Positions 1-13,899 of a stretch of 64,000 bases of DNA are shown here, piece by piece. Under the pieces are notes generated by a model, which ran no database searches, had not been told where the DNA came from, and saw only the letters and a list, made by a program, of their open reading frames with translations. Each line of letters opens with the position of its first letter. Position 1 is the first letter of the stretch. Position numbers and translations under genes: made by a program. Source of the DNA: Pseudovirgaria hyperparasitica (Eukaryota); the NCBI GenBank assembly GCA_010093815.1, contig ML996567.1. One strand, written 5' to 3'.

Positions 1-2570
1 AGACTTCTATCCTTCTTCTTTATAAAGAGGATTAGAGCTCCGGCTAGAGATATACTAGGCCTAATCTATCCTCGCGTAAGGTTCTTTTCGATATATTCTT
101 AGAGGACCTATAGCTCGGGTTCTAATAGAGGGTAGATGGGTCCGTATAGGGGTTATTAACCATCTTTAAGGTTAATAGTAAGGTTAGTAGGTTGGTATTA
201 AAGTAATTTAGACGAGTTAATCGCTAACGCGATATATTAGTATATTTTATACTAATATAGTAGGTTTTCGTCTACTTTAATACTAAGCTCTCTATTTTAA
301 GTAAGTAAGAGGACGTAGATAGCGGAGATTACCTTTTTATAGTCCTTCTAGAATTATTCATCGTCGACTAGCTATACTAGGTTCTATTATAGTAGGTATA
401 TACGCCAGCCAGCTGTTTTCTAGATAAAGTCTAGTTTCGGGTTATATTTTTCGAGCCACGGTATACTAAGAATTATGTTAAAGGGACTATCTACCACGAT
501 AAAGGTTAAGTAGTAGGGTTTCTACTTCCCCCCGCTGTCCTAGATACCGTATTTAATAGTATAGGTACCCTATAATTTAATAGGACCGTCGATACTATAG
601 AAGGTAGCACCTATTAGTACTTAAATATCGATATTAAGTTCTCGTGCTCGTTAAGTCGATATAACGTTAGTAGCTAAACCGCTATCGAGCATTACGGTCT
701 AATATTATCCATAAGGGACCTCGATAGGCCTAGCCTATAGTTTAATATACTAGTTAGCTAGTTATCCCTCTATTTTAGTTACGTCTATAAGTCGCGAGGG
801 TTCCTTATAGATAGTTAGTTTTTTATATCGTATACCGGGTAGTTAGGCGCGATGTATCCTAGCTACTAGCACTTATAGTATATAACTAACTTAGTATCTA
901 TATTAGTATTCGGTGGTTTCCCTAAGCGGTACTCGGGTACTATATAGCCTATCCTACCATAGGTATAGTAGATAACTTTAGGTCGTTTATACGAGTCGTT
1001 TCTCGCGTCTTAATATATCGACTAGTAGAAAGATCCGCGGTACGGGCCTCGTCTTCTCGAGTTCATAGAGTAGTAGCGCCCACGAGGTATTCCGCGTAAT
1101 CTATTACTAAACCGGTCCTCTTTAGACGATTTTATATTAGATTAGATTAATGGGGATAGTCGTACGCCTATACGATATTAGTTATTTATTATATACTAAT
1201 GTCGTTCTACGAGATTCGCGAGTACCTAAAGGTTAGTAGAGATAGACGTTATAAGGTTAATACGTTCCTTTACGCTCGGGTTAAGGGACCTTTTAAAGTT
1301 ATTATATTATTAAACCATATAATCTTCCTCGGCTTCTCTCTAAAGAGGTCGGAGGTATTTAAGAAGTTATAACGGGGATTATCTCTCTCGCTATTAAGTC
1401 TTAAAGATATGGCTCTAAGCCTATTCACGTCGCTCGGCTCTATTACTAAAGTATTAAAGAAGGAATTCGGTGAACGTGTCCTAGTTATACGTATCCTTAG
1501 GGTATTTAATTTAATATACTATCTAACGTTTAGATAGCGTTAGGTCTAGGTAGTTCTATACGAACCTAATCTTATTACTATCGTTTATAAATAGGTAGAA
1601 GAATCGGCTATACTAGTAAGCCTATTCGTGAAAGCTTCTTCTGGTTTTACCGTCGAAGTAAGGTAGTTTCTTAGGCTAAGGTAACTAGAATAGTAATAGA
1701 CTTAGTTAGACTATTTCGGCTTAAGTTAATCTATATTAGTATAGATTAGTTACTACTAGTACTAAAGCGCGTAGTACGGCTTCGAGTCTAGTAGTTCGTT
1801 CTTACGCTTTATTAAGTTCGTGAAGTTACTACTCGAGCTAAGTCTAATACTACCTCTCCGCGTGTAGCTTAGTATATATATTATCGTGAGGCGTGGTTAA
1901 TATTAGTCGGTTCTAACGAATTAATTCGTTAATATTAATAGGGTCTAGTCTTATAGTAAGGATAGGTCTAGTATAGTATAAACTAGACCGCGATAGAGTA
2001 TAATGGACTCCTTCCTTATTATCTAGATAATCTTCTACGGTTATACGGAATGCCGTACTAGTTATTAGTATAATAGTCTATAGGGTATACTTATCGGTGG
2101 AGGTGGTTATAGAGAGACTATTCTCTTTATTTAGATTTAGAGAGAGTCTCTCGTGTAAGGTAGTGCCACGGGTATTATAGCGCGTAGTAGAAGCTATCTC
2201 TATAAGCTACCGTCGTGCTATATAGAGAGGAATTAAAATATAAAGAGTAAAGACGTAGGATAGTAGTCTAATAGTTCATAGAGAGATATAGGAATGTATT
2301 TATAGAGTAATCTTACTCTTATACGAGGTTAATTCCTAATAAGTAGGAATCGGTTTATACGGTCCACTTATATAGTAACCTCGCTTAACTTAGCTAACTT
2401 AACCTAGCTCTGGCCACTACGTGGCTACATGGATTAGAATAGTCTATATAGATCCGTTATGGTTCCCGTCCTAATAGTTTATTTACTAAGAGACGTATAA
2501 CTTAAGGCCCTATATATATCTATATTAGGCGAATATAGATAGGTTCTAGAGTTAAGTTTAGTCGGCGACA
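1..2570 (-). mobile_element. Ty3/Gypsy LTR retrotransposon E, 5' part (LTR, gag, protease), continues past the left edge; RIP-degenerate
   Basis: Minus strand: two CCHC knuckles (~930-970 and ~840-880, [C]YKC[Q][Q]LG[H]IAPN[C]); slippery AAAAAAC plus stop at ~815-824; protease MLDSG (~678-692); IILSIPWLEKYNP (~440-478). Confidence 0.85.
2239..2570 (-). repeat. Probable 5' LTR of element E
   Basis: Begins TGTCGCCGAC on the minus strand at 2570 and lies upstream of gag. The partner LTR is not in the window, so both boundaries are tentative. Confidence 0.4.
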
Positions 2571-2734
2571 TGAAATCTCTTTAAATCGGCTAGGTTTATA
2601 AGTTAATTATAGTTAGGGACGCGAATTAGGCGGATATACTATATATACCATATCTACTAATATTAAATATTCCTAATATCCATTAATTACTACGCGTTTT
2701 TACCTATTCGGAGAACCTTAATCATTACCTTAAC

Positions 2735-3428
2735 ATGTCTATTCTATCCTTATCTACTACCTCTATTCTATCCTCGTTAATAACCTCCGTTAACGCTATA
2801 GAGTTACTAAATATACTACTAGTAGCGCCTATTACTAGTAATACTCTAAAGATAGTATATGCTTAACGAGATAACTTAGATAATACTATCTTTAACTTTA
2901 AGTCGCCTAAAGACTATAAGATAATTAATTAGACGCGTCTCCGTGGATATCGTATCTCTATTAAGTGTCTCTCGTCTTACGGTAAGCTAAGCTAGCTATA
3001 GCGTTATAGGTATAGGGTTAAGGAGAAGAAAATAGGTCGAATCTTCTAGGTTTACTACTATTATTACGATCTTAAAAAGCTTTATCTTATAGATATATAC
3101 CACGCCACTTAATAGACTTTAGCTACTAGCCGTTATATAGATATTATCCACGGAATTACACGGGACGGAGTAGTCGATAATACTCCTTCTATTCTTTACT
3201 AACTTCTAAATAGGCCTAGTATTAGTTAAAGTACTATAAACACTATTATTAAGCTTATTATATAGATAAGTTCGCGAAGAAAGTACTAAAATAGATTATA
3301 TATAGTAATTACGCGCTAAAGAAGGTAGAGAACCCTTTCTTTATCGAGATACTTTAAGCCACGAATCTATATACGGTAGAATAGCTTATTACTTAAAGTA
3401 TACTACGTCGGGATATTATTAGTATATA
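2735..3428 (+). pseudogene. hAT-family transposase, segment 1 (N-terminus)
   Basis: ATG at 2735, frame reading DYKII[D][W]TRLRGYR. Joins segment 2 across the ATATA target-site duplication (TSD) of element A. Confidence 0.65.
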
Positions 3429-3656
3429 TGTTAGGACTTAGCCTTAGGCATAACCCGATCCATATATACCTTAGCTAACAGGGTTAGAAGGTGGCGGGAA
3501 GGGCGGTAAATAGTTACGTGCTAGATAGATCGGCGTCCCTTTATATATATACTCTCGGATTCCTACTAAAAGGGTTCGGTAGTAATTCGTTCTATAATAG
3601 AATATACCCTATTATTCTATCTAACTATACTACTATCTAATAACCCTATTCTTATA
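3429..3656 (+). repeat. 5' LTR of element A
   Basis: TGTTAGGAC...CTTATA, a direct repeat of 10556-10783. Confidence 0.95.
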
Positions 3657-3689
3657 TTTAAATTACTCCCTATATAGTACTATAGTTAA

Positions 3690-5004
3690 GATAGTCTAAC
3701 TAGAACCGAGAAGGTCGACACGATCTACTATAGGGATAAGTAATACTATATTAAATAATAGGGATCCTCTATAATTAGTATTAATCCTAGCTGTTTCTAA
3801 CTAAGAAGTAGAAATATTAGACTAAATCACGGAGCTTTTAGATAAAGAAATAGTAGATACGCCGAGTAACTTCTAATAATATAAAGCCGGATAATAAGTC
3901 ATGGCGGAGCCACGCGAGATATTATAATAAACCATCGCCGAACTTTAGAAATATATTATAAATTAGACTTAAGAGATTTAAACCCTTAAAGAATAGATAG
4001 AACGCGCGAAACTCCTCGTAAAGAGACGAGAACTTAAGAAGTCTCTTAAAGAACTACGCCGAACGATAGTAGGTAGATGACTCCCTATACTAATTTAGGC
4101 GGAATTAGTTCACCTACCATTAGAGTTACGATAATCTACTATATACCTAGCCGCTTCGTTACCGATTTACCCTACTCTTTCTCTAGGTATACTAAAACCT
4201 AAAGACCTAACTATATTTATAGGGAAGAACTAAAAGGAGTAGAAAGACTAGAAGAGAGACTACGAAAAGTACTTCCTCGATAACCCTCTACTCTTTTCTA
4301 CTAAAGTATAACGTATTTCGTTCGGAGAACGATATCTAGGCTTATAATCCCGCGATTAATAGAATAGATAGAAAGAAGTATAGCTACTATCTACGATAAC
4401 CTAGGAATATTTAGCTATATTTATACTAAATACTCTTGGAACGGATAGAGAACGTAAAAGAAAGGCACTATCTAAGTTAAGAAGCGTGGTATAACGACTA
4501 AACTAGATACCTACTTAACTACTATAATACCTCTAAAACCTATAGAATAATATTCCTATACTATAGAAAAATATTCGTATATTCTAGTTTCGCGAAGTAC
4601 TACTTCTATTAATCCGCGAAAGACTAGAAATAGTATTATTAAGTTTTAACTATCTATACGAATTAGAGAAGAAAGCTAATAAATACTACTATATCCTTAA
4701 GGAACGCGGCTCTCTAGGTAAAACCGACGAACCCTATATAGGTTAGAAATAAGGTCGATCGAATACGTTCGATTAAGAGTAACCTTACTATAATTAGTAC
4801 TAGAAGAGCGTAAATCGGGGTAGAAACGCGTTAAGAGGATACCGAAATAATTAAGGCGGTACTTCTTAACACGGAAAAGGATAAGATATAGGCTTAAATA
4901 TAACGCCTATTATAAAATAGTAGGATTATAGCGCACTTCGTTACTATAAGTATAGAGAAATAGAATATATTTCGCCTAACTATAAGAATCTAAAAAAAGA
5001 ATAG
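3690..5004 (+). pseudogene. gag: gag of element A
   Basis: CCHC knuckle [C]YK[C][G]EI[G][H]ISPN[C] at 4942-4983, followed by an A-run (possible -1 frameshift site) at ~4992-4999. Start is approximate. Confidence 0.75.
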
Positions 5005-8000
5005 GCTAGTACACGAGACCTAACCGCGTCCTTAGCTAAATTATATATACTTAGGAGGAGCCGTAGCGCCTTCCGGCGAGTAAAGACCTAATATTACTAA
5101 AAGTATCGTTACCTATAGTAAATAGTAATAAAACTATATAGGCCCTTATAGATACTAGTATAGAAGATAACTATATTTTATTAATTCTTATAAAGGAGTA
5201 TAGATTATCGTATAATCTTAGTAAAGTTAGCCGAACTATTATAGTTAATAGATATAAAGTTAGAACTTTAGGTAAAGCTATAACGAATTACGAAGTTTAT
5301 AACTTAAAGATAATAAAATAGTAGATATCTAATAAATTTATCATGGCTAATATTAGCTAATAGAATATGATTCTAGGGATACCTTAGCTTAGACGCCTAA
5401 ACCCTATCCTCAATTTTTAGAAAGAGACATTAATGTTCTAATAATACCGTGGTAAATTATACTAGTAAATTATAACTATTAGTAAGGAGGTATAGAACCT
5501 CGCCGTACGGACCCGATTATCGCTAATCTATCTTACGTCCTTATTAATCGTCGATAAAGACGAGGACAATAGTAATAATTAGAGTAAAGACACGCTACCC
5601 GACGTATATTCGTAGTATACGGATATGTTTTCGGTAGGAGATACGTTACTTCTCCCTAATTATAGACCGTATAAGCTAAAGATCGAGCTCGAAGAGGGAG
5701 TAGACGTCCCTTATAGCCTACTTTATCTACTTTTAAGACTAGAACTCGAAGTTCTTTATAAATATATTAAAGAATACCTCGGAAGAGGCTAGATATATCG
5801 TAGTACGTTATTAGCTAGCGTACCTATTCTCTTCGTAAAGAAGAAAGATAGAAGTTTACGTCTATACATTAACTATCGGGTACTAAATATAGTAACTAAG
5901 AAGAATCGTTACCTATTACCGCTAGTTAGTAAATCTTTAGACTAATTAATAAAGGTAAAGTACTTTATAAAGCTAGATTTATAAGATATATATTACTAGC
6001 TTCGAATTCGTCGCGGAGATAAGTAGAAAACCGCATTTCGGACTAGATATAGTTATTTTAAGTATACTATTATACCATTCGGGCTAATAAATACGCTAGG
6101 AGCGTTTTAAGGATATATTAATACTATACTCGTAGGATTACTTAACGTGATTTACGTAGTTTATCTTAATAATATACTAATTTACTCCGATAGTATATAG
6201 AATTATAAAGAATACGTGAAATCGGTGCTAAATCGTCTAAGGTAGTATAAACTCTACGTAAAATTATCTAAATGCGAGTTTTACTAATAAGAAGGTGGGT
6301 TTCTCGGCTTTATTATAATATATAGCGGTCTAAAAATAGAGCTAGAGCGTATAAAGACTATCATAGAATAGCTAGAACCTACTACTATACGTTAAATTAG
6401 AATATTTATAGGTTTCGTAAACTATTATCGTAAATTTATTATAGACTTCTTATAAATTATAGCGCCGCTTAATAAACTTATAGAGAATAGCGGTAAAATC
6501 CCTATAGGTAGGCGAGTATAGCGTAAAGCTAAGTTAGTCGAGATATAGTTAATACCGGAAGCACGAGATGCGTTCCGATCATTAAAGAATTACTTTATAA
6601 CTACGCCGATTCTTAGGTATTTCGATTCTAAGAAGTATATTTAGGTCGAAACTAACGTATTAGAATTCGTAATTACTAGAATCATTAGTTAACCGTATAA
6701 AGATACGAAAGATAAGGTATAATAGCACCTGGTCGCTTTCTTTTTCTATAAAATGGCGGATATAGAGACGCGTTATAATATACACGACTAGGAACTACTT
6801 ATAATCATTAAGAGTTTTAAGTAATAGCGACATTATTTAGAAGGCTCTATATATTAGATTAAATTATTATCGGATCATATAAATCTACGTTACTTTATAT
6901 CGACTAAGGTCCTTAATTACCGATAAGTATATTAGGCTAAGTAGATATTAATATTTAACTTTAAAATCTTATATAAAGCTAGAAGAGAGAATAAAGCTAA
7001 TCCTCTATCGCGGCGTAAAGATTATAAGAAATCGTTATAGAATAACGTAGATAGTTAGTATAAGTTAGACTATACTATACTTTAGATACTATAAGACTAG
7101 TTATCTAATAGAATACTAGAAGCTAGGACACTTTCGGCGATTCTCCGCGGGAATTAGAGCGGGTATTAAGTAATCTAAATAAATGTCTAAGAAACTAAGA
7201 AAACCCTTAAAGACTTAATTAAATCTACCTAGAATTCCGATATATTAGTAAAGAAAGTTATAAGTATAAAAGGAAGCGCTATAGATCCGCCGTAGTTATT
7301 AAGGTAGAAACGATAATCGGACGCGATCTACTTCTAAGGCCGACTCTACGTGCCGGAAGGCGGCTTATAAATTAATATTTTAAGGGAATAGTATGATTAC
7401 GCGTTAGTAGAGTACTTTAGCATTATAAGGACGGTTAATTTAATCCGAAGGACGTACGACTAGCTAGGTCTTTATAAATATATAAAAGACTACGTAAAAA
7501 CGTGTAACATTTACTAGTATACGAAAGTATATAGATACTTACTATATAGTAAATTAAGGCTATTACCTATACTAAAGGAGGCATGGAAGGAATTATTAAT
7601 GGATTTCATTATAGATCTACCCCTAAGTAAGTGTTCTAGGTATATTTATAATAGTTTACTTATAGTTCTAGATAGATTTATAAAGATATTATACTATATC
7701 CCTATAAGGAAGATAATCTAAGTACTAGATCTTATAGATATACTACTCTATAATATAGTTTAGCTCTATAGTATACTAAATAGTATAGTTTCGGATAGAG
7801 GTCCGTAGATAACGTCTAAATTTTAGAAGGATTTCTACTATACGCTAGGAATTAAGCGGAAACTTAGTACTACGTTCTACCTATAAATAGATAGATAGAT
7901 AGAGCGGTAGAATTAGATAGTCGAGGCGTATTTACGCGTATATTATAACTATAAGTAGGATAACTAGGTAAGGTTAGTCTATATCGCGGAATTCGCGTAT

Positions 8001-8760
8001 AATAATAGCTAATATACGTTAATCTACGTAAGTCCGTTTAAAGTAAACTTTAGTTAGAACCATAATATATAGTTCTTAGGAACTTAGTTTAAAGTAGAAC
8101 GACCTAACGTTAAAGTAATAGAAATTACTATAGAACTATTCTAAATATAAAGAAGCGTTATAAAGTTACTATAAAATACTACGGATTATAGTAAATCGCA
8201 CTATAACAAGGGTAGAAAACCCATGAGCTTTAATATTAGGGATAAAGTTTTACTAAATAGTAAGAATATTTATAGTATTAGGCTAAAGAAGAAGCTTAAC
8301 TATATAATAATAGGTCTATATAAGATTACTCGTATAATTAATAACTAGGTATACGAGTTATAACTTCCTCCTATATTAAAGATATATAATATATTCTATA
8401 TTACGCTTCTCGAGCTATTTTATACCTTATCGTTACTAGATTATTCTAAATAGATACTATATAAAGTAGTTACGTAAGAAGGTATAGATATCTATAAAGT
8501 TAAGTAGATACTTAGCTAATAACGCGCTAAAGATAGTACGTAGCTATATAAAATTCGTTAGAAAGGATATAATCCTAATAAAGATACTTAGAAACCTATA
8601 ATAAATATTAGTAAAGTAGCGATATTAGTATATAAGTAGCGATTAGTAAAGGAAGCCGCGGAATCGTAGAGAATTATACTAAAGTATAGTAATTTAACGT
8701 TTTTTAGTATAGTTCGGCGCTAAGGATAGCCGCCTAAAAGGAAGAAGGTAAAAGAGATAT
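5000..8760 (+). pseudogene. pol: pol (protease, RT, RNase H, integrase, chromodomain) of element A
   Basis: ALIDT[G] ~5142; PILFVKKKD ~5823; KTAFRTRY ~6027; VVYL[D][D]IL ~6156; IVSDRGP ~7785; chromodomain YKIR[W]KGYNPN.DT[W].P ~8546-8598. Confidence 0.92.
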
Positions 8761-10555
8761 AGATCTTTAAAATATTCTAAGGAATTAAGGAACTTCCTTA
8801 GAAAGTTTAAACTTAGAACTTTAAAAAATTTAACTAAAAAGGAGACTTAGAAAAATAATTTACTAAGAGAAATAGACATTAAAAATCACTACCAATCGGT
8901 ATAGATCAGTATAGATTACTAAAGAGATTAAAGAAGTTATTATTAAAGAAAGATAAAATTAAGAAAGCTAAAAGAAAATATAAAGATCTATATAGATCTA
9001 TATAAATTCGTACTAATCTATCTAGAAGAAGTAAGATCGCTTTAAAATTAAAACCGAAAACTAAAAACGCTAGATAAAAGAAACATATTAGTACTAATTA
9101 GTATAGATCGAAACCGATTAAGTTAGAGTAGGAGTAGAAGTACTAATTACCGCGATGGTTATATCTAATTCCTTCCGCTAGTTCTTATTTAGCATAGTAT
9201 AGAGCTTTATAATATAAGTCTCTAGCCTTTCGTTCCGACGCTATAAATTCTATATAGCGCGCCTTATAGCTATAAACTCCTCTATAGAAACCTATAGAGC
9301 GGCGGGACCCGGGATAGAGAGAGACGGACCGGCGCGGGCACGCTAAGAATTATATAAATTAGCGAAAAGATCTAACGATCGGTATAGAACCATATACCTT
9401 TAGTATAGAAACTTCTAGATTAGAGCTATCTTCCCTAAATTTACGGCTCTTTAGTACACGTAAGGAGGGAACCTTAGCCTTTTTACTAGAACCTTTTCTA
9501 GGAATTTTAATATCGCTGGTGTATAGAAAGAAGTCCGAAGTAGTAGAGATTTTAGTACTATTATAGAGATTAATATATATTAGTAAGAATCTATAACGAT
9601 TTAAAAAAAACGATATTACCTAGTAATCGCGGTAATAATAGCTATAGTAGATTCCGATAAATCCTTACGGATCTTATTAGAATCGTACTCCTAGGCGTAA
9701 CCCTTACCTTAGATATATAGCTCGTAGAAAGCCTTCTCTAAGGCGTTACGATCGGTAGTACTACGCTTCTTATTAGTAGAGGTTACTAGAGGCCTAGTAG
9801 TAATCTATACCGATATAAGTAAATCTACGTAAAGTTCTTTAAACTTATTTAATTACCTATAAGTAATAACGCTTCTTAGTTATATAAGTGCCGTATATTA
9901 TAGATTTAGTACTACCGTGAGTAATATATAACGGAAAGTAATAACTATAATAATATATAGCTAGATTATTAGAGCCCGGCCTAGGTTAGAGTAGATTAAT
10001 AGCTTTTAATATATCGGTAACGTATACGAGATAGGGATTATTTAAAGGCGCCTATTTCCATACCAATTACTTTAGAGCGTCGAGATTTCAGGAAACCATA
10101 TTACGAATTATTACTATTACTAGCTAAATACGGCACGAAAATTAGTAAATTATGTAAATCGTACTAAATTATAGTAAATCTATATAAATCTATGTCTATA
10201 AGGATCGGGTAATATACCTAATAATCTAAAAAACTCTATAAAGAGTTGGGAAGTTTTTTAAAGAAAGGAATATTTCTAAGAAAAGATTTTAATATAGGTA
10301 GTACCTAGGCTTACCTAATCATATTACGTGATACGCTAGGCCTAATTAGATAATCTTATCTATATAAGAATTTAGAATGGACGAACTCTAGTTTATTAGG
10401 AAAATGCTTATATAAATCTTAGATTGGTAAATATTAGTAAATATCTAAGATAAAGTATAGAGAACGACTAAGGTCTTATAAGACTTAGGATAGGGATATA
10501 GAGATAGATAATAATCTAGATCGCTAAGGGTAGCTTCCTAGAAGGAAGGGATAAT

Positions 10556-10783
10556 TATTAGAACTTAGCCTTAGGTATAACCTAATCCGCACGTACCTTA
10601 GCTAATAGGGTTAGGAGATAGTAGGAAGGGCGGTAAATAGTTACGTGCTAGATAGATCGGCGTCCCTTTATATATATACTCTCGGATTCCTACTAAAAGG
10701 GTTCGGTAGTAATTCGTTCTATAATAGAATACACCCTATTATTCTATCTAACTATACTACTATTCAATAACTCTATTCTTATA
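10556..10783 (+). repeat. 3' LTR of element A
   Basis: Direct repeat of 3429-3656, preceded by the polypurine tract. Confidence 0.95.
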
Positions 10784-11435
10784 ATATACTAGGTAAATAT
10801 TAGTATACTTACTAAGGCTATAGCTAGCGCACTATTAAGGATATATATCTCCTTTAATAGCTAGATAACATGATAGTAGAGATTTACCCTAATAGGGTAT
10901 TATATTTATTTTATAGACGTAGAAGGTAAGACTATTATATCGTGAAGTTTAGCTACTAAGGAATAAGTCTACTAATAAATATTACTACTATAGGCGAATT
11001 CCACGACTTTCTACTTAACCTACTAGAGATAATAGGTACCTATATAGGCTTAAATTACGCTAAACTTACTCTCTCTATACTTAATTAATATAATCTTACG
11101 GTAAAGAATATTAGCTACTTTATACTTAACTCTACTTTAAATAATAATACCGCTATAGAGTATATTTATAAGGAACTCTAGCTAGGAGTTAGCTCCGGAG
11201 ATAATTAGCACCTAAATCTTTATATTCGGTACTTCCACTATATTATTAACCTTATTATAAAGAGTATCCTATTTAGGAAGGATAAGCTCGCTTACAAAGA
11301 TATACTAGATTCTAAAGATAAGGATATATTAATTAAGGAATGGCGTAGATTTAGGCCTCTTAGTATTCTTTTTACTATTATCTAGTATATTAATACTCTA
11401 GAACGCTTACGGCGATTCCACGACATTTAGAGAGA
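10784..11435 (+). pseudogene. hAT-family transposase, segment 2 (catalytic DDE N-part)
   Basis: I[H]ISF[D][G][W] ~10841; YF.L[D]S..NN[D]TA ~11116; IR[C]FH[H]IINL ~11224 (CxxH motif). Confidence 0.85.
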
Positions 11436-11637
11436 TGTAATAGATATAACCAAGGTGTTACTACAATGGTAACCAAGATATATTATGATTTAACTTAGAG
11501 AGAATAGGGATAAGCCGTATAGTTATAGCTTTAAGTATAGTCTTAAGCGAGGTCACGTGATACCCCTATACTAGTCTCTATCCGTCCCGGCTCCGTTATA
11601 TAATACTAGAGATAAGGTAAAGCCGAAGTCTATAATA
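11436..11637 (-). repeat. 3' LTR of element B
   Basis: TGTAATAG...TATAATA, a direct repeat of 19018-19219. Confidence 0.95.
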
Positions 11638-11809
11638 TACCCTTGTTCTCTAGGATCGTCCTAGGGACTAGCTTAGTGTTTTATATAATGATAACCGGCT
11701 CGGTTAGGTCTTGGGTTTACGGTCTTTATATCGTACTATATAATAACCGTAGGGCTATATATTCCTTCTAGCAAGGTAGTAGCTTTTTATAGTAGCGTCC
11801 TAGCGGTCA

Positions 11810-12120
11810 CGTGGCGGTTACGTAGCGGAGGTTAGTTCCTTATATCACGGCGTCGTAGGTTATATAATCGCAAGATAGTAGAATCCTATAGTTGCGTCGT
11901 AGCGGTTATATAGCGGAGGTAGACTCCTCGTATCACGGCGTACCGCGTCGGGTTATATAAAGGTAGGGTAGCCTACGCACGAACCGCGCGTCCTATTTTA
12001 TTATTATCCATTTTAGGACTAGCTACTCTCCGGGCCAGGGGTCATGTAGTAGTAGTAGGGTAGCTTACGCACGACCCGCGTTTATTATTATTATTATCCA
12101 TTTTAGGACCGGCTCTACCC
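11810..12120. repeat. Two pairs of imperfect direct repeats in the 3' non-coding region of B
   Basis: GCGGAGGT...TATCACGGCGT occurs twice (~11824, ~11912). GGGTAGC.TACGCACGA...TTATTATCCATTTTAGGAC occurs twice (~11965, ~12058). Confidence 0.75.
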
Positions 12121-13899
12121 CGGCCTACACGATTTTCCCTAACGCGAGTATATAGGTCCCACGCCTAGCGACTTTCTTCTTCCTTAACTACCCTTACGCC
12201 TACTATCTCGATACCGCATAGTAGCTACTATAATATTAGTAAACTCGCATGCCACCTCGTAGCTTCCACACTATTATTATAAGCGCTCTAGGCCTAAATA
12301 GTCCTATTATAGAAACCGGCGCCGTCTCGGTAGTGGCTATAGGTGCTAGAGGTTAAGACCCTAACGATCGTCGCGCGCCTAGGCGCTAGGAACTAGCTAA
12401 TTATACCGTGAGTAGGTTCTATCCCTACGCCGTTCCTTATACTAACTAGATAGACTATTCCTTCTACCGCACCCTGATAGACTAAGTCTATTCGCCGTAT
12501 AGAGCTATATATTATAGAGGGTAACTCGTTAGAAGATAAGTGTACCGAGTCCGTGTACTTTGTATATCGCATATATATAAAGGCCCTAGAGAAAACTAGG
12601 GTGCTTAGGTATATGCCGTCTCTACGCCGTGGCGGCGCCTACTAATCTTAGAGCGTAGCTATAAGCCTAGCCGCGGTACTAACTATATAAAGTACTATAC
12701 GTCGAAGGGGATCTACTTATAGAATACTAAGGAGCTCGCTATATACCCGGCCTTATATAAGGCGTAGAGTCGTCTTAAAAAGTTTATACACGAGTCGGTT
12801 AATAATAACTTTAGCTATATAACGGATTATAGTAGTCGCGGCCTAGACCTAATAAAGCCTTCGTCCGGTAAGTAGCCGCGTATAAACTCTAAGTTCTACC
12901 GCCTATATAAGGACTATAAGTCTAACTTAGAGATTATCTATATCGCGCGACGTAACGCTAGCATCGTTAGTTAGGCTCCTATAATATCTTATCGTGGCGC
13001 CATAACGTTGTTTAAGCCGCCGTATCGCGGTAGTAGTAACCGTAGCTAGATTAGTAGCGTGATTTACTAGATGAATTAGTACATGTCCTATAACGAGGCC
13101 TAGATGGGTAAGCTACGCACTAGTATCGGCACCTTATAGGTATATAAGCTTTATAAGCCTAAATGCCTATTCTAACGCGTGACGTAGGGTACTATATAGT
13201 AAGTCGCGTCCGGGTTAGCCCGCCTAGCGAAGCCACCATCTCGCCATCTTATTACTTAGGTAGTTATAGAGGATAAGGAGCCCTTATTAGATAGTAGCCG
13301 CTCGCGCCGACCCTAGCCCGTAGACTATAGGGAGTTACCGACTCGGAGCTCTCGCTATCGCCCTATTAGGCCCCCCCGGCTCCCTATCGCCGCCCCTCCT
13401 CGTGAGTCCTCGCCGTCTTATTATTAGCCCTAGACCCCTCCTCGCCACCGTGACCGCTCCTAGTCCTACGAGCGTCGTAGCCGGTCCTCCGCCCGCCGCG
13501 ATCGGTCTCCCCGCCGTTATAACCGGTCGTATAACCATTAGAACCGGTTGTATAACCGTTAGGACCGGTCGTACAACCGTCGCCGTCGCTTAGGTAGCTA
13601 TCGGCACCGTTCCTACGAGGATCGTTAAGCGTCGCGCCGCTATTAGTCGCCGGCCTACCCCCGCTATAACCCTCCCGCGGACGAGTATGACTCGCCCTTA
13701 CCACCCGCCTAGATTAATAGCCGCCGCCGTCGTTAGGAGACAGCCTAGGGGAGGACTAGGTAACTAACCTTATGTTAGGATTTGCGGATAAGGACGGCAC
13801 CGGCCCCGGCGCCGTGTAAACCTAGGGTAGAGCTAGGTAAATAACCTTTTTCATGTCTTAAGGCGGGTGTCGGTTTATTATTAGGTTATACTAGGTACT

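Larger units (their letters stand above)
3429..10783 (+). mobile_element. Full-length chromoviral Ty3/Gypsy element A (RIP-degenerate)
   Basis: 228-bp direct LTRs; 5-bp TSD ATATA (3424-3428 / 10784-10788); polypurine tract GAAGGAAGGG at 10541-10550; gag-PR-RT-RH-IN-chromodomain order. Confidence 0.95.
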
